Assembly (NCBI GenBank): GCA_963843975.1
Contig: CAWJMG010000001.1
Location: forward strand, 750,001 to 782,000
DNA length: 32,000 bases
Origin: an uncultured Actinomycetes bacterium
GTDB taxonomy: Bacteria; Actinomycetota; Actinomycetes; S36-B12; CAIYMF01
Reading direction: 5' to 3'
A program made the translations under genes and the position numbers. Positions 18,130 through 26,650 of the stretch are shown piece after piece. How positions within the stretch are numbered: position 1 is the first letter of the stretch; every line of letters begins with the position of its first letter. The notes below the pieces were generated by a model. It had not been told where the DNA came from and did no database searches. It worked only from the letters and a program-made list of their open reading frames with translations.

Positions 18130-19233
18130 CTAGCCCGGGTCGGTCAGCGCTCGCAGCGTCGAAAGCAGCCCCAGGAGGACCGGGCTCGCCCCCGGGCTCG
18201 ACGGGAACAGGTCCGTGGTGAACCCCACTGCGAGACCGCGCTCAGGATCGGCGAAGGCGACCGCACCGCCCGCACCTTCGTGCCCGAACGCCTGCGGCCC
18301 CGTCCAGGGAAGCCGCGGGAAGACCAGCTGCGGCCCCGACCCGAAGGTGGAGGTGATGCCGAGACTCGAGTCCATACCCGTGGACGCCGTCTCGCACATC
18401 CGTCGTCGCGTGGCCTCGGAGATCAGGCGCACCCCGTCCACGTCTCCGATCGTGGCCGCCATGACGCGCGCGAGCGCAGGCGCCGTCGTCACCACACCCA
18501 TCGAGGGCAGCCCGGCACGGAGGAACTCAGGGCTGTTGAACACCTGCGGGTCGCTCACAAGGGCCTCGAGCAGCCCGTCGCGGGGCCCGGCTGCGGGCGG
18601 AGCCGGCAGCGCGAGTGCGAGCGGTTCGGCGAACCGGACGGGCACGAGCTCGCCGTCGTCCGAGCCCAGCATGACGTCGACCCCGAGAGGCTCGGCGATC
18701 TCCTCGCGCAGAAGGTCGCCCGCGCTCCTGCCGGCCACGGCCTCGACGACCGCCCCGATGATCGTGCCGAAGGTGACCGCGTGGTATCCGTGCCCCGCGG
18801 CCGCCGGCGCAGTCAGCGACTCGCGGAGCACCACATCGCGGTCCTTCCCCGCGAGGACGTCTGAGAGCGTCACCTGGACGTCGAGCGCGGCGAGGGGGCT
18901 TCGATGTGCCAGCACGTCGCGGACGGACAGCCCGGGCTGCGACGGGCAGCGGAAGTCCTCCCAGTAGGAGGACACCGGATGGTCGAGATCCAGCTCGCCA
19001 CGCTCGACGAGTCGGTGCACCGCGATCGCGAGCAGCACCTTCGACACCGAGAAGACGACCTGTCGCGCGGGCGACGGGTAGGCACCGACGGTGAGCTCGG
19101 CCACCGGCCGGCCGTCCCTGAGCACCGACAGCGCCGCCCCGAGCGGCGGCTGGCTGCCGGCGAGCCTCCCGAGGACGTCGGGCAGATCAGCGAAGGAGGG
19201 ATCGACCCAGCCCCGTACCTCGATGTTCGGCAT
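18130..19233 (-). CDS. beta-lactamase-fold serine hydrolase (class C/esterase-like)
   Basis: C-terminal 367 aa of ORF 18130..19515(-). SxxK nucleophile motif FSVSKVL. ATG 19233 (MPNIEVRG) is preceded by GAGGAG, 10 nt after the upstream stop. Confidence 0.75.
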   Translation of the reverse strand: MPNIEVRGWVDPSFADLPDVLGRLAGSQPPLGAALSVLRDGRPVAELTVGAYPSPARQVVFSVSKVLLAIAVHRLVERGELDLDHPVSSYWEDFRCPSQPGLSVRDVLAHRSPLAALDVQVTLSDVLAGKDRDVVLRESLTAPAAAGHGYHAVTFGTIIGAVVEAVAGRSAGDLLREEIAEPLGVDVMLGSDDGELVPVRFAEPLALALPAPPAAGPRDGLLEALVSDPQVFNSPEFLRAGLPSMGVVTTAPALARVMAATIGDVDGVRLISEATRRRMCETASTGMDSSLGITSTFGSGPQLVFPRLPWTGPQAFGHEGAGGAVAFADPERGLAVGFTTDLFPSSPGASPVLLGLLSTLRALTDPG

Positions 19234-19243
19234 CAACGGCTCC

Positions 19244-20218
19244 TCAGCGGTAGATGGGGGCGAGCCGCTCGTCGAAGAAGTCCAGGCCCGCCCGGATCTC
19301 GCCCACGGGATCCGGTGACATGTCGATCTCGGCCACGGCCCAGCCGGACCAGTCCGCCGACTTGAGGATCCGCTGCCACTCCTGCCAGTCCACCGTGCCG
19401 GTGCCGAGGACTCGGAAGTACGTGAGCATGACCGCGTGCCGCTCCATGATCGGCCCGGTAAGGGTTGCGCCGTCGAGCGGGCCGACGCAGTCCTTCCAGT
19501 GCATGATCGGCACACGGTCCACGTGCGATCGCAGGATGCTCACGGCATCGCTGCCGTCGAGGGTCACATGACCGGCGTCGAGGCAGAGCTTCACATTGTC
19601 CGGCGACGTGGCGGCGAGGATCGTCCCCAGGTCCGCCTCGCGAGCGCAGACGGAGTAGGCGTCGGTGTGCAGAGCGAGGCGTACGCCGAGGGTCGACGCC
19701 GCAGCGCCGAGCAAGTCGTACTGCTCCGCAACCCGGGCCAGATCCTCCTCCGACACGACGCCGTTGACGTCGCCACCGGTCAGTTCCGCTCGCGGGACCG
19801 AACCCATCACGATGAGGTCTCCCCCGAGCCCTGCGACGAACTCGGCGTGCCGCTTGACCTCGTCGTCGGCCGCGGCCCGAGTCCCTGGGTCCGCGATCGC
19901 ACCAAGGATGAGGGGGGCGCCGAAAGCGAAGCTCGAGCTCACGACCAAGCCTCGCGAGCCAAGAGCGTGGGCGACCCCCTCGGTGGATCCGTAGGCGGAC
20001 AACGCCGTCGTCCAACCGCCGGGCGGAGGGGCGAACTCGACGCCCTCGACGCCGGCCTCGACGCACTCGTCGAGCATCCGGTCGAAGTAGTGCCGCGGGT
20101 CGGCCTCGACGATGCCCACCCACTCCTCGTAGCTCGTGCCGGTGGCGATCCCCCAGTGGCCCAGCTCGAAGAAGGTGACGAGATCCGTCCCTAGGCGGAT
20201 GTGCTTGTGCGTGCTCAT
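19244..20218 (-). CDS. sugar phosphate isomerase/epimerase (xylose-isomerase-like TIM barrel)
   Basis: 324 aa. The start overlaps the upstream stop (ATGA 20215-20218). The pattern of alternating strands and metal-ligand-type residues (LALHTDAY, LCLDAGH, WAVAEID) is typical of AP-endonuclease-2/IolE-like TIM barrels. Confidence 0.75.
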   Translation of the reverse strand: MSTHKHIRLGTDLVTFFELGHWGIATGTSYEEWVGIVEADPRHYFDRMLDECVEAGVEGVEFAPPPGGWTTALSAYGSTEGVAHALGSRGLVVSSSFAFGAPLILGAIADPGTRAAADDEVKRHAEFVAGLGGDLIVMGSVPRAELTGGDVNGVVSEEDLARVAEQYDLLGAAASTLGVRLALHTDAYSVCAREADLGTILAATSPDNVKLCLDAGHVTLDGSDAVSILRSHVDRVPIMHWKDCVGPLDGATLTGPIMERHAVMLTYFRVLGTGTVDWQEWQRILKSADWSGWAVAEIDMSPDPVGEIRAGLDFFDERLAPIYR

Positions 20219-21357
20219 GACTGCTCCTCCGGACCTTCCGACACCCGGACCCAGGCACCTGTTGCAGCGGACCGGCCGACGGCGTCCACCACGCGCTGCA
20301 CCTGCAGCGCCTCGTCGAACCCGGGATTGCCCGCGTCGCCCTTCACCGCGGCCTCAAGGAAGCGGCTGAGCTGGATCGCCATGGCGTCGATGTACCCCTG
20401 ACCCAGGCCGGGTACCGGGTACCAGACCTCGGGCTGCCGGTCCTGCGTGACCTCGAGCACCCGTGGCGCGGCAGACGTCACGGCATCGTCGAGGTAGGTC
20501 AGCTTGAGCTCGTCCGGGTTGTTCCAGTCGAAGGCAACACCCCCGCGCGTGCCGTCCACCTCGAAGGTCAGCGAGTTCTTCTTGCCCGACGACAGGAAGC
20601 CGGCGCAGAACGTTCCGATCGCGCCGTTGCTGAACTCCGCTGCCCACACGGCCGAGTCGTCGAGCCGCTCTCCGAGGTCCGCCCCACCGATCCAGGTGAC
20701 GTCGTCCCCAGGCTCACGAGCGACCTGGAGGGCGGCCACGCGCGAGATCGGCCCGCAGAGGAACTGTGCGAGGTCGATGAGGTGCGAGCCGATGTCGCCC
20801 GTGGCACCCGAGCCCCCCGTCGCCCTGCTGCCGCGCCAGCCGAAGTCGCTGATGAAGAACAGCGCGTCGTGCAGGTAGGTCCCCCGGAACTGCATCGGGC
20901 GCCCGAGCTCGCCCGAGGTCATGAGCCGCCGCGCCTCGGTGACTGCGGGCATGTGGCGGTAGTTGAAGCCGACCTGGTGCGTCACGCCCGCGGCCCGGGC
21001 GGCCTCCCACATCTCCTGCGCGTCGGCGAGCTCGTTGGCGATCGGCTTCTCGCAGAACACGTGCTTCCCGTGCCGGAAGGCCTCGAGCGCGATCTCCTTG
21101 TGCAGCCCGGGCGGGGTCACGATGTCGATGACGTCGATATCGGGCGAGGCGACGACGGACCGCCAGTCCGTCCCGCTGGACTCCCAGCCGAGAGTCTTCG
21201 CGGCGTCCGCGGCTGCCGCAGCGTCCACGTCGACGAGGACGGACTTGCGGACGTGTCCGGCAGTGCTCCCCAGGACGTTCGCGACGGCGTAACCGATGCT
21301 GTGCGCGCGACCCATGAACCCGCCGCCTCCGATGAGAGCGACCCTGATGTCCTTCAT
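20215..21357 (-). CDS. Gfo/Idh/MocA-family NAD(P)-dependent oxidoreductase
   Basis: C-terminal 380 aa of ORF 20215..22101(-). ATG 21357 is preceded by GGAGGAA. Rossmann motif MKDIRVALIGGGGFMGRAH and signature HVFCEKPIA. Confidence 0.85.
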   Translation of the reverse strand: MKDIRVALIGGGGFMGRAHSIGYAVANVLGSTAGHVRKSVLVDVDAAAAADAAKTLGWESSGTDWRSVVASPDIDVIDIVTPPGLHKEIALEAFRHGKHVFCEKPIANELADAQEMWEAARAAGVTHQVGFNYRHMPAVTEARRLMTSGELGRPMQFRGTYLHDALFFISDFGWRGSRATGGSGATGDIGSHLIDLAQFLCGPISRVAALQVAREPGDDVTWIGGADLGERLDDSAVWAAEFSNGAIGTFCAGFLSSGKKNSLTFEVDGTRGGVAFDWNNPDELKLTYLDDAVTSAAPRVLEVTQDRQPEVWYPVPGLGQGYIDAMAIQLSRFLEAAVKGDAGNPGFDEALQVQRVVDAVGRSAATGAWVRVSEGPEEQS

Positions 21358-21380
21358 TTCGACCGTTCCTCCATCGGTTG

Positions 21381-22154
21381 TCAGGATCGTGCTGCGCCGT
21401 AGGTGCCGAAACCTGATGACGCTCTGGCCTCGTGCTCGAGGAGGCACTCCTCGACGTCGTCGAGGAGTGCCCCGAACGACGAGGGATCGTGGGCGAACCG
21501 TCCGAGGAAGAGCCCGTCGACGGAGGGAGCCAGCTCCCGCAGCAGCCCGGGACGCGCGCTGCCTCCGTAGACGAGCGGTACGCCGGGAAGGGAGGCACGG
21601 ACGACGTCGCACACTGCACGGACGTGCTCCGGCGCGGCAGGCTCCGCGGCACCGATGGCCCAGACCGGCTCGTAGGCGATGGTCCAGTCGGACTCCGCCG
21701 CCTGGCCGATCGACCGTGCCTGGTCGACCACGTACGCCGCGGCGTCGGGTGCCGGCATCCGGGTCGGCTCGCCCACGCAGAGCACGGGCGCGAGGCCGGA
21801 CTCCGTGCAGGCTGCGGCCTTCGCGGCGACGGCCGCGTCCGACTCGCCCTGCGCCCGTCGCTCGGCGTGACCGATCACGACGCGCCCGGCACCGACGTCG
21901 ACTAGGTCCTGTGCGCAAATACCCCCGGTGAACGCGCCACGACCGTGCGCATCGACGTTCTGCGCCGCCACCTGCACCGACGACCCGGAGCAGATCGCGT
22001 GCACGTCGGCAAGGAAGGGGATGGCAGGCGCGACCCACACCTGGAGCGCCCCGGAGAGCGCCGGCCGGCCGGCCACCGCCTCCACGAGCGCAGAGGTCCA
22101 CGCACGTGTGGCCCCGCGGTCGAAGTACAGCTTGAGGCTGAACCCGAGCTGCAT
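21381..22154 (-). CDS. triosephosphate-isomerase-family protein (paralogue, possible tetrulose-phosphate isomerase)
   Basis: ORF 21381..22331(-). TIM-type catalytic elements: Lys in GFSLKLY, VIGHAERR, IAYEPVWAIGAA, LVYGGS. Start chosen at ATG 22154, 13 nt after the upstream stop. ATG 22196 is the alternative. Confidence 0.8.
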   Translation of the reverse strand: MQLGFSLKLYFDRGATRAWTSALVEAVAGRPALSGALQVWVAPAIPFLADVHAICSGSSVQVAAQNVDAHGRGAFTGGICAQDLVDVGAGRVVIGHAERRAQGESDAAVAAKAAACTESGLAPVLCVGEPTRMPAPDAAAYVVDQARSIGQAAESDWTIAYEPVWAIGAAEPAAPEHVRAVCDVVRASLPGVPLVYGGSARPGLLRELAPSVDGLFLGRFAHDPSSFGALLDDVEECLLEHEARASSGFGTYGAARS

Positions 22155-22167
22155 CACCGCTCGACCC

Positions 22168-22647
22168 TCAGCCCGCTGCAGTCGGTCGTCGCTCATCGAA
22201 GTCCTTGATGACGGCGACCTTCTGCGCTGACGCCGAGCTCTCGTCGAAGTGGTACCCGAGCCACTCGCCCACGAGCCGACGAGCGAGCTCCAGCCCGATG
22301 ACTCGCTGCCCAACTGCGAGAACCTGCGCATCGTTGCTGAGGACCGCTCGCTCCACAGAGTAGGAGTCGTGCGCCGTCACGGCCCTGACCCCCTCGACCT
22401 TGTTGGCCGCGATGGCCATCCCCAGCCCCGTCCCGCAGACCAGCACTGCGCGGTCGGCCTCGCCCCGAGCCACCCGCTGCGACGCCTCGATGGCCACGCT
22501 CGGGTACGGCGTCTTGTCGACGTCGGCGGTGACACCGACGTCGACGACGCTCTCCACCCGTGGGTCCGCCGCCAGATCGCGCTTCAGGGCCTCCTTGTAG
22601 TCGAAGCCGGCGTCATCCGATCCGACGACGATCCGCCATCCGGTCAT
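22168..22647 (-). CDS. RpiB/LacA/LacB-family sugar-phosphate isomerase
   Basis: C-terminal 159 aa of ORF 22168..22851(-). Motifs: [17 protein letters not shown] and [24 protein letters not shown] 22647 is preceded by GGGAGGGA, 4 nt after the kinase stop. Confidence 0.85.
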   Translation of the reverse strand: MTGWRIVVGSDDAGFDYKEALKRDLAADPRVESVVDVGVTADVDKTPYPSVAIEASQRVARGEADRAVLVCGTGLGMAIAANKVEGVRAVTAHDSYSVERAVLSNDAQVLAVGQRVIGLELARRLVGEWLGYHFDESSASAQKVAVIKDFDERRPTAAG

Positions 22648-22651
22648 GAGG

Positions 22652-24355
22652 TCATCCCTCCCGTTCCACGAGTGCAGCGACGACCTCTGCGAAGGACACG
22701 GCACCCGGATCCGGGTGCCCGAGACTGCGGTCCTGATGGCTCCGCGAGCGGCCGCGCCGCGCGACGAGCGCGGACGTGGCCTCGGCTGCCCCTGCGGCGG
22801 CCGCGGCCGCTCGCGCCGCAGCGACACCGATTCCGCTGCCCACCTCCGCACGGAAGGTCTCGGCGAACGGGACGAGCGCGTCGACCATCGTCTTGTCGCC
22901 GGGAGACGCGCCCCCGCGGTCGCGCACGGCTACGACGGCAGCCTCGACGGCGTCCGCGAGCTCGTCGCCGGTGGGGAGCCTGTCGTCGGGAAGCCCCGAG
23001 GCGAGTCGCGCGAGACCCGCGGCCCAGAGCGCGCCCGACGTCCCGCCGGCGTCGTCCCCCCATGCCGCTGCCGCCGCCAGGAGCGTCGCCGACGGGCCGG
23101 CGCCGGACTCGGAAGCCTCAGCGGCGGCGGCAGCAGCCGCACGGGATCCCCGACGCATCCCGATCCCGTGGTCGCCGTCCCCCGCCACCGCATCGAGCTC
23201 GCCGAGCCTGGCCTCGATCATCGCTATGCGCGCGTCCGCTGTGGCGGCGAGCTCGACGACCCGCGCGCTCGAGGGGAGGACCGGTCCCACCGCGCGTCTC
23301 CGAGCCGCCGCCTCATCGGTCGGTCCGCCCGCCTGCGTCTCACGGGTGTCGAGGACGCCGGTTCCGCGGCTGAACGCCGGTGCCTGGCATGGAGCGAGCC
23401 ACCAGGCGAGGAGGTCGTCCGTGAGCCAGCTGATCGTGAGGGAGACACCAGCCATGTCGAAACTGGTGACGAGCTCGCCCACCTCGACCGATGCGACGCG
23501 GATGCCATGTGCCTCAAGGGAGTCGGACACCTCGGCCCACAGGACGAAGAGCTCCTCGAGCTTGGTCGAGCCGAGCCCGTTCAGCAGCACGACGGCCGCG
23601 CTCGACGAGGAGCCCTCGGGCCTTTCCTGCAGCAGCGACTCGACGAGGAGGTCCGCGAGCGCGCGGGCGGTGAGGCTGTCGACCTCCCGGATGCCCGGCT
23701 CTCCGTGGATGCCCATCCCTACCGCCATGCGGCCGGGAGGCACGTCGAAGAGCGGCTCCGCAGAACCGGGGAGGGTGCACCCGCTGAACGCGACGCCCAG
23801 CGTGCGCGTGGCGTCGTTGGCGCGGCGGGCGGCGTCCGTCACGTCCTCGAGGTCGAGGCCGCTCCAGGCCGCCGCCGCCGCCACCTTGATCACCACGAGG
23901 TCGCCTGCGACGCCACGACGGAGCTCGGGTGACGATGGCGGCGCGCTCGAGATGTCGTCCGTGACCTGCACGGTGCTCGCAGAGATGCCCTGCTGCCGCA
24001 GCCGCTCCTGGCCCTCGTCGAAGTTGAGGACGTCGCCCGCGTAGTTGCCGTAGACGAAGAGGACTCCGCGCCCTTGGTCTGCCGCCGCCCCGACGTCGGC
24101 GACCTGCCGCGCCGACGGCGACGCGAAGATGTTGCCGAGGACGGCTGCAGCCGCAAGACCGGGGCCAACGAGCCCGGCAAAGGCCGGGTAGTGACCTGAG
24201 CCTCCGCCAGTAACGACCGCGACGGTCGGCTCCGTCCTGTCGTGCACCCGTCGCACGCCACCCGGGACAGCCCTCACCACATCGCTGTGGGCAAGGACGA
24301 AACCGCGGGCAGCCTCACGTGCGAAGGCTTCGGGCTCGTTGGACAGTCGGCGCAC
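22652..24355 (-). CDS. dihydroxyacetone-kinase-family kinase, fused DhaK and DhaL domains
   Basis: 567 aa with GTG start. DhaK motifs: [15 protein letters not shown] and [10 protein letters not shown]. DhaL motifs: [21 protein letters not shown] and GDKTMVDAL. Confidence 0.85.
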   Translation of the reverse strand: MRRLSNEPEAFAREAARGFVLAHSDVVRAVPGGVRRVHDRTEPTVAVVTGGGSGHYPAFAGLVGPGLAAAAVLGNIFASPSARQVADVGAAADQGRGVLFVYGNYAGDVLNFDEGQERLRQQGISASTVQVTDDISSAPPSSPELRRGVAGDLVVIKVAAAAAWSGLDLEDVTDAARRANDATRTLGVAFSGCTLPGSAEPLFDVPPGRMAVGMGIHGEPGIREVDSLTARALADLLVESLLQERPEGSSSSAAVVLLNGLGSTKLEELFVLWAEVSDSLEAHGIRVASVEVGELVTSFDMAGVSLTISWLTDDLLAWWLAPCQAPAFSRGTGVLDTRETQAGGPTDEAAARRRAVGPVLPSSARVVELAATADARIAMIEARLGELDAVAGDGDHGIGMRRGSRAAAAAAAEASESGAGPSATLLAAAAAWGDDAGGTSGALWAAGLARLASGLPDDRLPTGDELADAVEAAVVAVRDRGGASPGDKTMVDALVPFAETFRAEVGSGIGVAAARAAAAAAGAAEATSALVARRGRSRSHQDRSLGHPDPGAVSFAEVVAALVEREG

Positions 24356-24428
24356 GTGACGATCGTGCTGCGGTCCGCCACGACGGTCTTGGACTCGTGG
24401 GACGACTACTTGCAGGAGATAGACAGAG

Positions 24429-25442
24429 TCAGGCCGAGCTGCGGACCACCAGTCGCAGCATGTCTCCCGCAGACGTGTGCGGCTCTGTGCTCCCCAGGTG
24501 GGTCAGGACCCGGCTGATCACCGTGGCGGCATAGCTGTCGACGTCGAGCGCGATGGTCGTCAGCTCGCGCTGCGCCAGGGGGACGTCGTCGGAGCCGATC
24601 ACCGCGAGATCCCGAGGAGCGCGCTGCCCAGCCCGCTCCAGCGCCGAGAGGAGCATGAGGGCGACGTCGTCGTTGTGCGCGCAGGCTGCGCCGACACCGC
24701 CGTCTGCCAGTGCGCGCCGGGCATCGTCGTAGCTCTCCAACGTGTCATCGACGTCCACTACGAGGGGGCGCTCCAGCCCCGCCGCCTTGCAGGCCTCGCG
24801 CACGCCGAGCAACCGCTCTGACGCATACCGCCGGATCGTGGGGTCGATAGGACGTACGAAGCCGATGACCCGGTGGCCTCGCTCGATGAGGTACCGCGCC
24901 TGCATGCTCCCGATGCGCCGGTGCTCGATCGCGCCGTAGTCGCTGACCACGGGTGCCGGCGCGCTGCGCGCCACCGCGTCGGTCTCAGCGGGCGGGAAGC
25001 CCGCAACCGTCAGGATCAGCTTGGGAGTGACGTAGCGCCAGACGTCCTGGACGTCGCTCGAGTCCAGGCTCCCCGACACGCGGTGGACGAGCAAGGCGTA
25101 CCCCCGTTGGCCGAGAGCCTGCGTGAGTCCGTCCAGCGCACGGTCGAACACGAAGCCGAGGGTGAGCGCCGGCACGAGGCACAGCACGATGTTGCTGCTG
25201 CCGGCCTTCAAGGCGCGTGCCTGGGGATTGGGCACGTGACCGAGCCGCCGCGCGGTCTCGAGCACCAGGTCCCTCGTCGCGGCCGAGATCTGCTTGTTGG
25301 GTGCGTTGTTGAGGACGTAACTGACCGTGGCTCGCGACACGCCCGACGCGCGGGCGACGTCGGCGCTCGTGGCGGGCTTCAGGCGCCCGCCGTCAGCCTG
25401 GGCGGGCACCGACGGGTCCGAGGCGGGCGCGTCCGATGCCAC
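24429..25442 (-). CDS. LacI-family transcriptional regulator
   Basis: 337 aa. GTG 25442 is preceded by AAGGAGGG. HTH: TSADVARASGVSRATVSYVLNNAPNKQISAATRDLVLETARRLGHVPNPQARAL, followed by a periplasmic-binding-protein-like core. Confidence 0.9.
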   Translation of the reverse strand: MASDAPASDPSVPAQADGGRLKPATSADVARASGVSRATVSYVLNNAPNKQISAATRDLVLETARRLGHVPNPQARALKAGSSNIVLCLVPALTLGFVFDRALDGLTQALGQRGYALLVHRVSGSLDSSDVQDVWRYVTPKLILTVAGFPPAETDAVARSAPAPVVSDYGAIEHRRIGSMQARYLIERGHRVIGFVRPIDPTIRRYASERLLGVREACKAAGLERPLVVDVDDTLESYDDARRALADGGVGAACAHNDDVALMLLSALERAGQRAPRDLAVIGSDDVPLAQRELTTIALDVDSYAATVISRVLTHLGSTEPHTSAGDMLRLVVRSSA

Positions 25443-25586
25443 GATCCCTCCTTTGCGGCAGCGCTCGCCGCCGCATAGCGGATCTTAGGCGCGGCCCGGC
25501 TGTTCGGCTCTGGACCGCACGTGCCAGCCACTTTCACCACAGCGACAACCTCCTCGTGTCATGACGTTTCAGTTGTGTTGCAGCCA

Positions 25587-25614
25587 TTGACTCTCGTGGT
25601 TACAGGTGTAAGTT
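25587..25614 (+). promoter_or_regulatory. candidate sigma70-type promoter for the AraC-family gene
   Basis: TTGACT (25587-25592), a 16-nt spacer, then TAAGTT (25609-25614), about 40 nt upstream of ATG 25655. The RBS AGGAGG is at 25645-25650. An inverted repeat GTTAC-N4-GTAAC lies at 25622-25635. Confidence 0.35.
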
Positions 25615-25654
25615 CCGTCACGTTACTCGCGTAACCTCACCACCAGGAGGACAG

Positions 25655-26476
25655 ATGGGCACCCAATCCGAGATCGACGTACGGGTCCTGGGTCGCGGGT
25701 GCTGGGTGCTGGAGCCCCCCGCCGACGTGCGCTCGGCGCGGTGGCTCGTGCTGGCGCGCAACGGCGAAGCGGCCGTCTCGCTCGTCTCCGGCACCGTGAC
25801 GGCGGCGGAGGGGACGGTGCTGATCCTCTCGGGCGGCGCACCTCTGTCCGTCCGGCTCGAGGGCGAGGCACGAGCGATCGCTGTACGCCTGCGCTGCGAC
25901 ACCGGGGCCCTGCCCAAGCTCGGGCCGGTCACGACGTTCGAGGTGTGCCAGGGCCGCGTGTCCGGCATGTTCGCTCACGTGCTCACCGGTCTTGCGGACG
26001 ACGCGGCCAACGGCGTCGAGTACCGCTGCGAGCGTACGCACCGTCTGCTCGTGGGATTCGTGCGCACGCTGTGCCTCGACGAGGTGCGGCTCGAGGAGGG
26101 TCGGGCCCCCGACCTGTTCAGCGAGGCGGCCGACAAGATCGAGGACCGGCTGTGGGACAGCGAGCTCGACGCCGAGGACGTCGCCCGTATGCTCAACGTG
26201 TCGACGCGCACGCTGCACCGCGCCTTCCGCTCGCAGGGCGTGACTCTCAGCGCCTGGATCCGCGAGCAGCGGCTCGAGCGGTGCCGCGACGACCTGCTCG
26301 ACCCGAGACATCGCCACGTGCCCATCAGCAAGGTCGCAGCACGATGGGGCATCCCCGACGCGGCCCACTTCAGCCGCCTCTTCAAGCTGCGGTACGGCGT
26401 ATCTCCGCGCACCTACCGCGCCGGCGACTGCATGGCCGGGGCAGCAGAGGGAGCGATGGACCTGGTCCCGGCCTGA
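25655..26476 (+). CDS. AraC-family transcriptional regulator
   Basis: 273 aa. C-terminal double HTH: AEDVARMLNVSTRTLHRAFRSQGVTLSAWIREQRLERCRDDL ... ISKVAARWGIPDAAHFSRLFKLRYGVSPRTYR. Confidence 0.85.
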   Translation: MGTQSEIDVRVLGRGCWVLEPPADVRSARWLVLARNGEAAVSLVSGTVTAAEGTVLILSGGAPLSVRLEGEARAIAVRLRCDTGALPKLGPVTTFEVCQGRVSGMFAHVLTGLADDAANGVEYRCERTHRLLVGFVRTLCLDEVRLEEGRAPDLFSEAADKIEDRLWDSELDAEDVARMLNVSTRTLHRAFRSQGVTLSAWIREQRLERCRDDLLDPRHRHVPISKVAARWGIPDAAHFSRLFKLRYGVSPRTYRAGDCMAGAAEGAMDLVPA

Positions 26477-26482
26477 CGAGCC

Positions 26483-26532
26483 CGAACGCTGGAGTGCCGC
26501 CGCCCTGACGGGCGGCGGCACTCCAGCGTTCG
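26483..26532. terminator. perfect 23-bp stem-loop, bidirectional terminator
   Basis: 26483-26505 pairs perfectly with 26510-26532 (checked base by base), loop TGAC. It begins 7 nt after the AraC-family stop and lies between convergent transcription units. Confidence 0.7.
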
Positions 26533-26607
26533 AGGCCTGTGGCGACGTGGCCGCCGACATCGGTGGGGGACCGTGCGGACCACGGTCGGCCACCCGGTTC
26601 CGAGCGC

Positions 26608-26642
26608 CGGGCACCGGATCGCCGCAGCGGATCCGGTGCCCG
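26608..26642 (-). terminator. hairpin terminator after the ABC substrate-binding protein gene
   Basis: 13-bp perfect stem, CGGGCACCGGATC (26608-26620) with GATCCGGTGCCCG (26630-26642), 9-nt loop. It lies 9 nt downstream of the SBP stop (TAA 26651-26653 on the minus strand). Confidence 0.5.
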
Positions 26643-26650
26643 TTCGCCGG

